NCBI RefSeq assembly: GCF_040938485.1
Contig: NW_027271794.1
Span: 62,001-126,000, forward strand
Direction of reading: 5' to 3'
From: Diadema antillarum
Taxonomy: Eukaryota
DNA: 64,000 nucleotides
The notes under the pieces are model-generated. The model saw only the letters and a list, made by a program, of their open reading frames with translations. It was not told where the DNA came from and ran no database searches. A program made the translations under genes and the position numbers. Position 1 is the stretch's first letter. Every line of letters starts with the position of its first letter. Positions 35,233 to 48,789 of the stretch are shown one piece after another.

Positions 35233-37832
35233 CGACTTTCAACGTAACAGAAACGTGTCCGAAAATTTGGATTTAGCGCCGCAGCTAGACTCCGCCCCTA
35301 GCAACGAGGAGGTGATCTTATTGGTGGCATGGCATCCTGAATACTGATTGGTCGTGCGTAAACCGCTGGCGCTAATTTTGAATGAACATCGCGGAGGTCG
35401 CTAGGAGCATACCTTCTATTGTCGAGCGGTGAAAACTGTCTGGCCTCCCCTTGATCATGATGATAGCGTAGGAAGCAAAACTTTGAAGTCGTTTTTCTCC
35501 AAACTCTGATTTCCTCGACCACTTGACATGCGCTAATGAAATCATAGATATCTCCACAACCGAATACTTTTATAAGATGTGTTATACTTGAAATTAGAGC
35601 AGAAGAGTACGGGAATTACGTCATGCCATTTTCAGAAAATTATCTTACCCCGATTTTCGGATCCTTTTGTTGTAGCAGGTCACAACTGAATTTTCAAATT
35701 TGACATTTGAAACTGTCGCCAGAAAAATCCGCCATTGATCTGCCCACAAATTTCATGTTCAAAAAAATTAGTATTTAGGGAATTTATTATTGGAGGTGTT
35801 GGAATTAAATGAAGTCATAGAATGACCATTTTTATCATCATGTCAAGTCAGTATAGACGCACCACCTTGCACCTTTATGGAATGATAATTGATTGAATTG
35901 AATGATTTGTAACGGTCAAATTCACACAAATGAATGAAAGGCGGTCTAAGTGAATTGAAATAGATAAATCCTCCAAAGCTTCTTATATAAGAGTTTGCTC
36001 TACAATCAGTTTCCATCCGTAATAAAATCATTAAATTTAGAGCATTACAGTGATATTAACCATAACAATAAGCAAGTTCGGAGTTCCACTTTGAGCATGA
36101 GCAGAAACAATTAAGGTCATTCGGACCAGCAGGCATGTTGGTAGTCAAATTCACTGAAATAAGCGTCTGTGATGAAATGATTATTCATGTAATCCTTATA
36201 AATGCTGCTTGCCAGCACATCCACCTGACAGCAAAATTGGCAATATCAGTAAGCACAAGAAAGAGATTGTCAATACATTCAATGAGAAAAAAAGTGTTAA
36301 GTGCTTTCCCAAGCATTAAAGGAGACCTCCGGGTGATTTTCAGATTTTTGTTTTCATTTGAACAACTATAACTTACTTATACTGAGGACAGAGTTTCAGA
36401 ATTTATGATAATTGGAACGGAGAATAAGAATATTTTCGAAATTTATAACAAATTGCAATGAACAAGGATGATGACATTTCAGAGTTACTGTAAGAATGCA
36501 TGAGTTGGGGCTGAATGAAGCAAAACAAAAGAAGAACGCATGCATATGTTATAAACAGGTGAACTCGCAAAGCAAGTGTAATTTGTTTAAGGTTTTTGAA
36601 AGTATTGTTTCTCTGCTAAAGAACTACAATAAATTCCACAAATCTTTAAATGGAACTTTTAATTTATGTACTACATGATCGTTGATGATCGTTCCAAAAT
36701 CGTTTGGAATTCCCCCTTTTATTGATGGACCATTCTGCTCATGTGGTCTATGCAAGCTTATTCTTTGTTTGAACAGGATTGAATCCATAAATTATACGTG
36801 AAGCTTAGATTTGCGTTTATGGCGCCCTGAAAACGAGTGAAATGCCCCTAACCGACTGAGAAAAAAAAAAAAGAATGGTCATTCGTACCAATGTGCCCAT
36901 GAGCTAACTCCGAACTGGCTTATTCAAGGTTAGATGGCATCGTTTCAACGAAATGTAACTTTAATGTATACAGATAATGCAATCAGTTGACATGTGGAAT
37001 GTTTGAATTTTACGTTTTATGTAGAGGGAGACAAATTTAAAAAAAAAAACAACAACTCATACCTGACCTTTCATCCCTCTGAATGATGTCTTTCTTTCAT
37101 GTGATATGTTCTTCATCAAATTTGTAAAACTCTTATTAGTGTTTCCAGGCTGCAGTGGACTCAATCAGCAAAATTAACCATTCAGAACAGATTTAAACGA
37201 GATTCTGAAAGGTTTTTGCTCTCTTAATCTCGAGTGGAAGCACAGAAATGTTTTATAGTAAGTACCTATATTCCTTTCATACAATCCAGATCACCACTAT
37301 CTTTTAATGGCAACTGCTGTTTCTTGGCCCTCACCGTCATAAACTGGGACATCAAGCCATCATTATTATTATTATTATGTGGTGCGTCTGATCTTTAATA
37401 GTCTGTATTATAGTTTGGATCAAAAATATGTCTTCCATTGATTGGTTAAAAGAGCTTCACGTGATTATAGGTATTTTGAACTATTTTAGAATGTTGGTGA
37501 GTTTGACACTCCATGAAGTACTATTTGCAAAATGACGTCACTTTTATGACGACATTTTGCAAATAGCATACTACACTGTATTTGCAAAATGATGTCACAA
37601 TCACCCTTCTTTACAATCAAGTGTACCCGTCCGGTCTAGTGTTCAGGTTTTATAGCGGCCATACGATCGCTTGGATACATGCGACGGGCAACTCTGGCGG
37701 TGTCACGGCTACTATGTTTTTCAATTTCCGATCTCTCGCGCTGTTGCGTATTGCAGGCGCTGCGCTGCCGCCGCAGTGCGGCTAAGCCTATATTATAATG
37801 ATTTTCACTTTTTATTCAAATTTTTGATCCTC

Positions 37833-37903
37833 GGTGACTCCAAAATAGTACTATTCACTTCGGGGCTGCGCCCCAAAGTGAATAGTACTAGTTTGGAGTC
37901 ACC
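37833..37903. repeat. 71-bp near-perfect palindrome inside an A-specific insertion
   Basis: ggtgactccaaaatagtactattcactt-cggggctgcgcccca-aagtgaatagtactagtttggagtcacc. Confidence 0.7.
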
Positions 37904-38324
37904 TCTGCCCATAGTTTTAACAAGAAACTCTCAAGGCCAAGTATATTTGTATACTAGACATATTAGCTGCGTTCATGCGAAACTAGAATTGCGTTAACGT
38001 GTTTAGTTGCGTTGCGTTCATGCGATTTTTCCATTTAATGCGCTACGCGTGTATAAAAACCAGATATTGTTACTAGTATCACGTTACCCGTATACCGCTG
38101 TATACTCGGAGATCATAACAGGAAGAATGGGTATAAAACTGACTTTGGCAATATGAACTTGACAATTTTACAACTTACTTACTTTATTTATCGATTTACT
38201 TGTCTCTTCATTTGTTTATTTGTCTATTTATCTATTCATTCATTAATTCATTTAAATACTAAAATCATTCATTCATTCATTCACCCTTCATCCATTCATT
38301 TATTGATTTGTTTTTACACTATTT

Positions 38325-41300
38325 TCAATTCAATTCAATTCAATTCGGTTTTATTTCAAATCAAAAGAAGCATAACAGTTAGTCCGCAGACTAATAGTGT
38401 CATGCGTACAGAATGAAAATACATGCATGATTACAGAACATTCACAATCCAAGAAAAAATCAAAAAGTTAAAAAACCTATTAAATTATTCAGTCATACCA
38501 ATATCATACAAAGCGTATTCCTTACAGTCCTATAATTACACATTACATTTACACAAAATTACACATGTGGTGATATTGCTGTAAACATAGATGCAGACAT
38601 TCAAAAACAGACAATATACATGTACTATGGCTAGAGCAGAATAAATTTCCAAATGCAACATAACGAATAAAAAAACAACAAAATTAAATCAGCGGATGTA
38701 TAGTGCCATATATGAAAAAAACGAAAATACAACAGTTCATATCTTTGAAAAATAAAACAAACAGAGATTGCACTGATATCAAATCACCTTTCAGCACTAT
38801 ATATCATTAGTATCATATTACTATTGCACTGCACTTCAGAAAAAATATATATTTCACATGGTGGGAGTATGAAATTGGACATACCATGTAGGTAAACTGT
38901 ACACATACACTTACAACAGGGAATACATGTGTGTATATCATAACAAATTTAAAGACCATGAGTCCAGAAAAAAAAATCAATGAAACATACCCCTTTTACT
39001 AAAATGTTATCTTCATCAACATAACCATACACAGATATACGCTCATAACTATATATAATAAACAGATGTATCATGTACATACATATAAACAGCGTAAAGA
39101 TAGAAACGCCAGTTTCAATCTATTTGTTCATTATATCGTTATTACTAACAGATATAATTTCGACAATATATGATATTGAAATCAAATTTCATTCAAATAT
39201 AAAAATTGCAATTCAAATTTCCAAAAATTGATTCGACGTAACTATTGATTTCTTGGTTTATCAAATTACAAAATGCATTGGGCACAATGAGGCTATATCT
39301 GTTCAACTTACCAATGAGTAATGTTATTGCAAAATGTTCAAAAGTTTCACAATTACCGGAGTACTTGATTACCCAACTCTATAAAAAATATAAATCATGA
39401 GATTCCAAATGCAAATACATGATGAAATAACAAATTTCTCAAAAATTTCATAATTGTTTAAATACTTGATTGCACACATCTTATTCTTAATACAAAATGC
39501 ATTGGGCACAATGAGGCTTTGTCTGTTCAACTTACCGACGAGTAATGTTATTGCAAAATGTTCAAAAGTTTCACAATTACCGGAGTACTTGATTACCCAA
39601 CTCTATAAAAAATATAAATCATGAGATTCCAAATACAAATACATGATGAGATAACAAATTTCTCAAAAATTTCATAATTGTTGAAATACTTGATTGCACA
39701 CATCTTATTCTTAATACAAATACATCAATTCACGTATGAAAGAAGCAAAATAAAATTTGTTATTGCTCTAATTATAGTTGAGTGATGTATATACAATTAC
39801 AGAGAATTCAAGAGGTTCACAATTGCTGGGATGCTTGATTGTGCGTACCTTTTCGTTCTGATTTTTGGCAGTGTTAATTTGTGACCATTTCGGAGTCCTG
39901 TTCGAGATACAGATTGTCTACTTGAGGGAAGCAGACCTCTATGTCTGTCAGAGAGCAACAGAGATTTTCCAAAGCTCAGGATGAGGTCTGTTCGACGAGA
40001 CTCCAGGGTTGGGATGTCATACAACACTAAGAGTTCATCATAATGATATTTCTCAGGAGAGGAGATCATGCGAAGAGCCCGCTTTTGAACTCTCTCGATT
40101 CTGGTGGACTGATGTGCTGTGATGCTGCTTCCCCAGACTGGAGCACAGAATTCCATCAAGGGGCGAATGTAAGTTGTGTAGACGAACACCAAATCACCAC
40201 GAGAAACTCCGAATGATTTCAACATGGTAAGAATGTACAGGCGGCGAGATGCTTGTGAGATCATGTGATCAACCTGAGCATCCCACTTCAGGTTGGCTTG
40301 TATAATCACACCAAGTAGACGAAGGGCAGGTACTGCTTCCAGTGCTGTGCTTTCAAGCATGATAACAGGCGGAGCTGGAGCATTGCGTAGGAAGCTAACA
40401 TGTATGATCTTGCATTTCTCAGGTTTGGGCGTCATACCATTGACGGAACACCACTGTGACAAGGTGTCCACCTGCAACTGGAGCTGACCAGCATGAGATT
40501 TGTGTCGTATGTCTACAAGTGACAGATCATCAACATACTTCCATCTCCTCTCGGTGCTCATTGCAGCATCGTTGATCATGATGAGGAAGATTATGGGCCC
40601 CAACTTGGTCCCCTGAGGAACTCCACACGTGAGCTTCTGCTCGGTCGAAGATGTGCCACAATACTTCACTGTTTGAGTGCGACAAGACAAGAAGCTTGAA
40701 ATAACAGGAATGATAGCTGGGCGGACACCATGCTCCATCATCTTGCAAAGTGCTATAGAGTGATCAATTAAGTCGAATGCTTTTAGGAAGTCAATAGTGC
40801 AGAGAGTGGCCTCGTATCCTGGTCTCTCAAGACATCGATATACCTCATCGAGAAGGCTCACAAGATAGTGGCTCACAGAACTGCCCCTCATATTCCCAAA
40901 TTGCTGTGGGTCGAATCATCGGCTTGACATCTGCCATCATCCATTCTGCTAGGAAACCCTCAAAAACACGGGCAAGGATAGGAGTAATTGAAAGAGGTCT
41001 CAGCTGACTGAAATCGACAACGGGTGTTGTTTTGGGGACTGGACATACAGATGCAGTTTTCCAGCAGGATGGGAAGTGTCCTGTCTGTAAGCAGTTGTTG
41101 AAGATGGTGGTCAAGGGTTCAGAGATTTCATATGCGAATTCTTTGATGAGGCGAATAGGTATGTCTCCAGGATGTCCAGCCTTGGATGCATTCAACTTCT
41201 TGAGACGCTTGTAGACTTCATGTCGATTGATCTTTGGAGGAGGTAGGGAAGGTAGATATGCGGGCAAGGCAGATACATCAAGGCTAGGAAGTCGGTTGCA

Positions 41301-43130
41301 AATACTGGCAAAATGGCAGTTGAGTTCATGGGCAAATTCAGCCGGCATTTTATCAGAAGCCAGCTTAGAGACAGAAGACTTGCGCATCCCTGTAAGGCCC
41401 TTGATTTGTTGGTGCCATTTTCCAGGTTCAGTCCGCCTAAGGTGATGTACTTTTCGAGCTCCAAAGTTCTTTTTTGCCTGAGAAATCTCTCTCTGAACAA
41501 CGTTACGAGCCTGCTTATAAGATTGCATATCACCCCTGTCATGATGGTCATTTCGGGTGGTTATGAGTCGTCTAATGCGGTTGTTCATCCACACCTTGTC
41601 ATTCACTCGACGTTTGATGGACACCTCATCAAAATGAGAATGATAGCGAGCAGTAAGGATTTCCTGGAGCCGCTCTGCTTGCAAGGATGCATCGGGCTGT
41701 TCATCAACATCCGACCAGTTGGCATGTGTTATCCATTGACCAAAGGAGCGCACGGATGAATCACGATGAGGTCGAACCGAGAAATTGACATTTTGGCGTG
41801 GAGCCTGTCGAGTCAAAGGTTGGAGTGATACGATCAGGTGGTCACTCTTACCTAGGGGAGCACACGTAGTAGGCTCTCTGTAGTCACTCCCCATGTCAGT
41901 GAAGATCTTATCAAGGATGGAATTGCCTCTCGTTGGCTCCAGAACGACCTGCCGAAGCAATGTGTGCAGCTCGATGGGCTGGGTATCAAGATCATTGAAG
42001 TCTCCTGCTATGAGTAGTGTGGTACTATTGGACAGTGCTCGAACTAAGTCTACAACATCAACGATGTGATCGCACATTTCATCACCATAGGGACAGCGTG
42101 GTGGGAAATACACAACACCGACAACTATGTCATGTCGCCATGCTGTATCTGAGGATGACTTTAGCTTGACCCACACGATTTCCAAGGATGGAGGGGTGTT
42201 GGCTTCAAATACCATGGTGGCGGTGATATCATTGCGTACATACAGTGCCACACCTCCGCCAATGCGACCGTCAGAGCGATCACGATGTAGCAGTTGGTAT
42301 CCAGGAAGAAGACATGCTGAGGCAGGTTTGTCGACGGAAAACCAAGTTTCTGTGACTGCAATCAGATGCACATCTTGAAAGTGTGTGTGTGAAGTTGCAA
42401 GGAGTTCATCTGCCTTGTTACAGAGAGATCGTGCATTCAACAAGATGGCAGATGGCACTGATGAGTTTACTACAGACTGACTTTGTTCCACTTCTGTGTT
42501 TGGGTGGCACGGAACAGGAACAAGATTCTCAACACATGTCCTCCTCTCTGCAGTTAATTCACTTGTTTTTGTACAAGTCCTGGATGGAGGTATCACTGTA
42601 ATAGGGTGCTGACTCTTCTCAAAAGCTCTCCTTCCACGTTTGGTTGGTTGAATTGAGCACAGGCCATGCTATTTCAATGTATGGTACACATCCAGTGGAA
42701 CTCTATGGTGCTGAGATGAGGCTCCTATTGACAAAAGCTGCTCTCTAGAGTAAGAAATACCAGGCATTGTAGTGAGGAAGGACCAGAGCACTATAACAAA
42801 GGCAAGCTTTGTATTGATGGCCATCACTGCTTTACCAATGACTGAAGAAAATCACTGAAGTAGATGAAACACAAAGGCATGTACTGTAGCAATGGCCTCC
42901 TTCCATTGAGTAGGTCTCTTTGCTTGCAGAAATTTCTGAAAATGTCTACTGGCATTACCGCTCATTCCCATATTGGAATGACCTGAAAGTTGTCTAGCGA
43001 GGACTCTGAGTATAGCCAGAGAGGATGTTACCAAATTTGCTGTAAAACAGAAGCAATTCAGGACGAAAATAACTTCCTTTGGAAGAGCTCTGCTGCAGTG
43101 CAACCTATGGCGCCACTGCACACTCTTACG
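38325..43130 (-). mobile_element. Probably full-length single-ORF non-LTR retrotransposon (CR1/L2/Rex1 group); APE+RT ORF 42824-39797 with two lesions
   Basis: APE motifs LLNARSL, AVTETW, AGDFND, SDH; RT motifs PQG, YVDD. TAG at 42669-42671 and a +1 frameshift near 40915. The 3' end is aataaa+(GAATT)n at 38325-38358. The element is absent at the paralogous site in block B (~60485). Confidence 0.9.
39270..39722. repeat. Direct tandem duplication (~220-230 bp x2) in the LINE 3' UTR
   Basis: caaaatgcattgggcacaatgaggct at ~39269 and ~39492. Confidence 0.85.
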
Positions 43131-43267
43131 CTTGTAAGAAGGTAGTCCATTTTGCATATATTTAGAGCTAAACATGCATCAGGGGATTCATACCTGTTCA
43201 TCAACCCCTCCTCCCCACCCCCATCCCCCAAAATGACAACAACAACAACAACAATAACTTGAATCCC

Positions 43268-43298
<31 letters not shown>

Positions 43299-43379
43299 CA
43301 AAACACATTGCTATGTATTTCGTCATGACGTTTCTTGTGTCTACCTTTATCAAATAGGCTTATTTTGAGTGTGCACTTA

Positions 43380-43606
43380 CATAAACTTGTTTTTATGTTA
43401 TAAAGATTTTAAATGTTATAACTGAATTATAAAATAATAATGTTATAAATTTCGTGAATGTTACAAATGTTTATTATAAATGGTATATTTTACGTCTATA
43501 AATGTGTATGTTATACACTGTTCTGTTATGGTAGGCCCCGCTCACAAGTTGTGCTTCTTGGGGACTATGTTTGGTTTGGTTTTCAATAAAATGAATTGAA
43601 TTGAAT
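43380..43606 (+). mobile_element. Short 3' remnant of a LINE ending in aataaa+(TTGAA)n
   Basis: caataaaatgaattgaattgaa tail of the same type as the neighbouring LINE tails; absent from block B. Confidence 0.45.
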
Positions 43607-43611
43607 TTTTG

Positions 43612-46600
43612 CTCAGGAAGAACAAATAAAATGTCAAAGAAGATTTCCCGAGCCGTTTACGAGTATGAGGGCGCTGTAAAGCTGAGGACGCTGTAAAGCT
43701 GATGCCCGGAGGAGTGATTTTAGACGTCCTGGTTTTTACGTAATTTCATCACTTTTAATAATTTGGTGTTGTTTGATTTCATCGCAGACATGTTCGACAA
43801 CTTCTACTGAGCAAGCCTGAGTGAGTATTGACGAATATCAGTTGGTTAATTTTTGCCTTTTTCGGAGGTGTTTCGTTGTTACCGCCATGTCGTATGTCCG
43901 AATTGTTAACGCGTGTGTATTGCTGCTGGTTGCGAGTGGGCTGGTAACGGCATGCGTGACAGGTGTTGAGAGCCCTGCACCAAAGGACAAGCTGACATAC
44001 GAGATCTTGGCAGCGAAATGGTTAAAGATGACTGCTACGCACGGGTGCTTCCGGTACTCGAAGCAAGAGCTAATGGCATTACGTAACCAGCGATCTCCAC
44101 TCAGACCTGATATAATCTCAACGTAGTGAAAGAATGTGGCATTCTGAATAAACAAAGAGGACGTCGTGGTGGTTCACACATCCACAGGAGAATTCTTGTG
44201 AGAATGACAAAATGAGAAAACAAAAATCACCCAATACTCAAAAGACCAAAACGAACAATAAGCCCCGTGAGCGTCTCAAAACAACCTTTCGTGCTACCAT
44301 CTTTCTTCATGACGAACGCTCAATCCCTTAACAATAAGTTCGATGAATTTGATGTCAGTGTGAAGCAACTTGGAGTAGATGTTATCGCTGTAAGTGAAAC
44401 ATGGTTCACTGACAGCATGCCTTACGAACAGCACGTCATTTCCGGTTACACCAGCTTCTTGAAAAACAGAACATTGCAACGTGGAGGTGGTGTAGCGCTT
44501 TTCCTCGATAATGACCTACACCCTATAACATCTGTTACTGACATAGTTGTTCCGGATGAACTAGAGATTCTTTGGGCCCAGATACGCCCCCGTCGTCTTC
44601 CACGATCTGTCTTGTCCATATTCCTCGCAAGTGTGTACTTCCCCCAAACGGGCAATATGGCGATTCCTTCATCACTCAGCTGGTTGAAAGTATAGACACT
44701 ATTCTAGCAAGCCATCCAGACGCCGGAATTGCCATACTGGGCGATGTGAATTACCTTAATCTCACTTCACTTTTAAATGGACAAAACCTGCGCCAAGTCG
44801 TTGACAAGGCAACAAGGAATTATGCCATTCTGGATAAGATCCTCACAAATATTCCGGACCTCTATCCCTGTCAAACTGATAACTCCACTGGGTCGCAATG
44901 ATCATAACGGGATTCTATGGGAACCCAACTGTACCCCCAGGAAACATGCCAATAAAACAAGACGAAAGGTCGTACGTCCTATGCGTGACTCTGATATCAG
45001 GCAGCTCGGTCGCTGGATCACCAGTAACAATTGGTCGAGAGTTATCGAAGAAAGCGGCGTCCAAAGGAAATGTGATAAATTTTATGATGAACTCAATGCA
45101 GTCATAGATTTGCATTTTCCCTTAAAATCAGTAAAGATCAACTGCAGAGATAAGTTGTGGGTAACATCCAAGGTCAAAAGCTTGATCCAAGACCGACAGG
45201 TAGCGTTCCAAAGCAAGTCTGCAGACTGGCGACGTTTGAGAAACAAGGTCCAAAGAAAAATGTGCAAAGCAAAAAAGGAATACTACCAATCCCGCATACG
45301 GCGTCTCAAAAAGGAAAACCCGCGTACGTGGTACCAGTTCATCAAGGTCACGACTACCAATGACCAGGCAGATACATCAATCGAGGTGCCTGGCATACAC
45401 CTCTCAGACCATCAAGAGATAGCAAATGTTATCAATGAACATTATTTTTGTCAATATTTCGAGCAACACCCAAGTTCTTGATAACCGGACACTACCTGCA
45501 TATCGACTGCGTCTCCCTGGCTATATACCGAAAGTTCAACCGTGGAATGTCTACAATGAGATGGAAAGGGTTAAACCGGGAAAGAGCAATGACCCTGATG
45601 GTATTTCTTCCAGGATTTTGAAGGAATTTGCCTTAGAGCTGAGCACCCCGCTGGCTAATATCATCATCACTTCGTTTGAAGAAAACTGCGTACCAATTCA
45701 GTGGAAAAAGTCCATAGTTTCCCAACTCCAAAGGGATTTCCATCGAAGTTTCCTGAACTGCGCCCGACATCACTCACAGACCACTTCGCAAAGCTTTCTG
45801 AACTGTTTTCGCGTACAGACACACCTTGAACGATATTTCTACTAAGATCGACACCCGACAATTTGGAAGTCGTCCAAAACTGTCGACAACGCACTACTTG
45901 CTCAACGTGATGCAATTCCTTCACACAAGTGCAGACAGCTCAGGAACAGTCTCGACGATGGTGATGACAGACTTCACGTCTTGGCCCACTAGTATTCCTT
46001 GCAATGATCAACGATTCACTCCAGGAGACACCTCTAGTAGCGCGTTGGAAATACGTAGATGACATGACCATTGCTGAGAATAGGAAAATCAACTCTGCAT
46101 GTGTAGTCCTGGACATCCTCAAGGAACTCAGTAGGTGCTGTGCCGAAGCGGACATGAAACTCAACACTTCGAAATGTAAAATGATGCGTGTCGCGTTCAC
46201 CAAAACACCACTCCCACCCCTCCAGCTCAAGCTGAACGACATCGTATTGGAAAAAAATGAACGCGGTCAACCTCCTTGGTGTTACTATCCAAAGCAACCT
46301 CCGTTGGGATTCACATGTTGACAACATTGTTAAGCGAGCTGGGAGGAAGCTCTACGTAATCCGCGTCATGAAACGTACATCAGACCAGTCCTAGAGTATT
46401 GTGTACCGGTATGGCACTCATCCATTACTAATAAACAAAGTAACGCAATCGAAATGGTTCAAAAAAGAGCGCTCCGTACAATCTTGAGTAATAGGTAAGA
46501 ATCATATGAGAAGACCTGTGTAATGTGCAACATAATTACCTCACTCAGTGATAGAAGAGATGAGTTGTGTCTGAGGTTCGCTGCCTCACTCTGTGCGAGA

Positions 46601-48240
46601 TTTCCAGACTGGTTCCCGCCGACCCAGAGCAGCTATAGAGCCCTAAGACATAGCAGGGAGATCAAGTGCAGGACAGAACGTTACAGGAACAGTGCAATGC
46701 CTTATTTGACAAGGATTCTAAACTCACCTTGAGATCGGTTGCTTAAAGTTTTCAAGGGGTAATTTTGTTGTACAGGTTCTTTTACTATTGTTTTGTGTTG
46801 ACAAATATGCAGCATATAACTCACACCACGGGATGGTAAATAACTTAGAGATATTTGCGAGGTTTGAATATGTTTTCAGACTGATAAGTTACTGGTTGGC
46901 AAGGTTGAATACTAAAATAATTTCATGTCATCATTATTTCATATCCGATTATACCGTATTGTGATATATTTCAAATAACACAATGTGAAGATTGAATATA
47001 TTACAAAAAAAAATTGTTTTTCGGTAATAATGCAGTCAGTGTGATAGTTTTGACAGTTATAAGCTCTGAATTTTAAGCTGAAGCTTGCTTGTTTCAGTTT
47101 TTAATAGGTGTTTTGAATTTTCTCTCCCTTTTGTAACTTCTTAAACCTCTCTCTCTCTCCTCCCCTTTCCTCATCCACTCACTTTCTTTTTCTCTCCCAT
47201 TCTTTTTTCCAGTTACACAGTATACTTTATAACATACACGGGCATTACGTCCACTACAAGAAATGAGCAAAATTAGATATAAATTTAATTCCTTGTGAGT
47301 TTAAGAGGTCTTTTTTAGTTTCTTTTTTTGTAAGCCTCCGGAATCATTATCAAGCATTGCAGTAATCGCAATCAGCAATGCAATGATTTTTTTCACATGT
47401 AGTATGTTTTAATAAAAGTATGTCGTTATTGGGGCGGCAAGACCTCGTATCTGCAATGTCAAAATTATTTGGCATGCCGTAGTGGCCTTATATTTGGGGT
47501 GGAGCAGCTGAAACTTGAACGGGGCATCGCTTGACATAAGTATATATTGTCTGGCCAATAGTTCGAGGAAGTCATTTTCACCAAAATTTGAGATACAAGG
47601 TCTTGTCGCCCTAGCGACCATAATGGTATTGTGATGTACAGGTTGTATTGTTGATATAACATAATCTGAATTATAAACGATGAAAGTTTATTTTTCAGTA
47701 ACCACAATTTTTTTTATAGTTTCTTTATATATAGATTTATATACATGTATATTCATATAATTATAACATTGTAATTTGTTTTAAAATGTAAATGAAGTGT
47801 ATAATATTATTCTGAGTGTGATAATGAATTAATCACAAATGTGCAATATTTTTTCAGTATTTGTACACCATTATTGATCATTTTAATACATGCATTTTTA
47901 TTTAGGGTAAAGAGGTCAAGGGTTTTAATCAGCGAAAAAGAAAATATTTATGCATGTACTGTTTGTCGATAATTTCCATTGGGAATTTTAGGGTCTTGGG
48001 TCAAAATTCAGGGATTTGAGGTCGGGCTGAAATATTAATGTTTTATCATTCTGTTTGTACAGTGTTCCCGTCATATTCATATTCATATCGATAGCCAATT
48101 TCAACAAATATATATATCTATTTTTTACAATGTTGTATTTCTGTTTTAATTGTAAAATGAACAATTTCAGCTATTGAGCTGCATGTCCTTTTTTATTTTC
48201 AATAAACCTTCATTGAATTGAATTGAATTGAATTGAATTA
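43612..48240 (+). mobile_element. Degraded single-ORF non-LTR retrotransposon (CR1/L2/Rex1 group); fragmented APE+RT ORF 43887-46732
   Basis: FMTNAQSLNNK, IAVSETWF, LGDVN, NDH (APE); KYVDD and PVLEYCVPVW (RT); several frameshifts and an internal RT deletion; 3' tail aataaa...(TTGAA)n at 48200-48239. Confidence 0.88.
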
Positions 48241-48789
48241 TTGACATGTATACAATTCTGAATTTAATTCGGAAGTTTGTGTTACGCCTCAATTAACAGA
48301 TTCGAAACGTGCAATGAAACGTTTTCCTTTCTCCATCCCTTCCCTCTCCCTTTCCTCTCTTTCTCTTTCTCTCTATCTCTCTTTTCTCCAACTTCACACT
48401 AGGCCCTGCAACTTTCAAGGGTTTTACGTGCATTATATACAGTGAGCAAAATTGTTATGCATCTGATTTCAGTACTGGCGTTGGTTTGATTTGATTTGTT
48501 TGTTTTTTGCATGTTTTCGTAATCAAGTATGGTAAGATTTTTCTTTTTTTAATAGATACACGTGTAGAGGTACATGACAGCATGACCATTTTTATGAAGT
48601 TCAATTTCCAAGTGCAATATTGTATCCCTGATATTTTTTGTTCATTGTATCTTGTATTTTTTATCCATATTCCTGTGTTCTCACATTTATTCATGTAAAA
48701 TATCTGCAATTTAGCCTGCGGTCTGCAAGAGAAGTTTATTCAAATGATACATTTTTAGAGACGAAATTGTTCAATGATAAACTACATGA

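Larger units (their letters stand above)
23425..43370. repeat. Segmental duplication block A, paralogous to block B at ~49708-60725; interrupted by several A-specific insertions
   Basis: Collinear shared order: palindrome, Harbinger-like element, long-IR element, Ig gene, upstream region, acgcaccaccttgcacctttatggaa block, cgtcatgacgt...aataggctt end. Confidence 0.88.
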
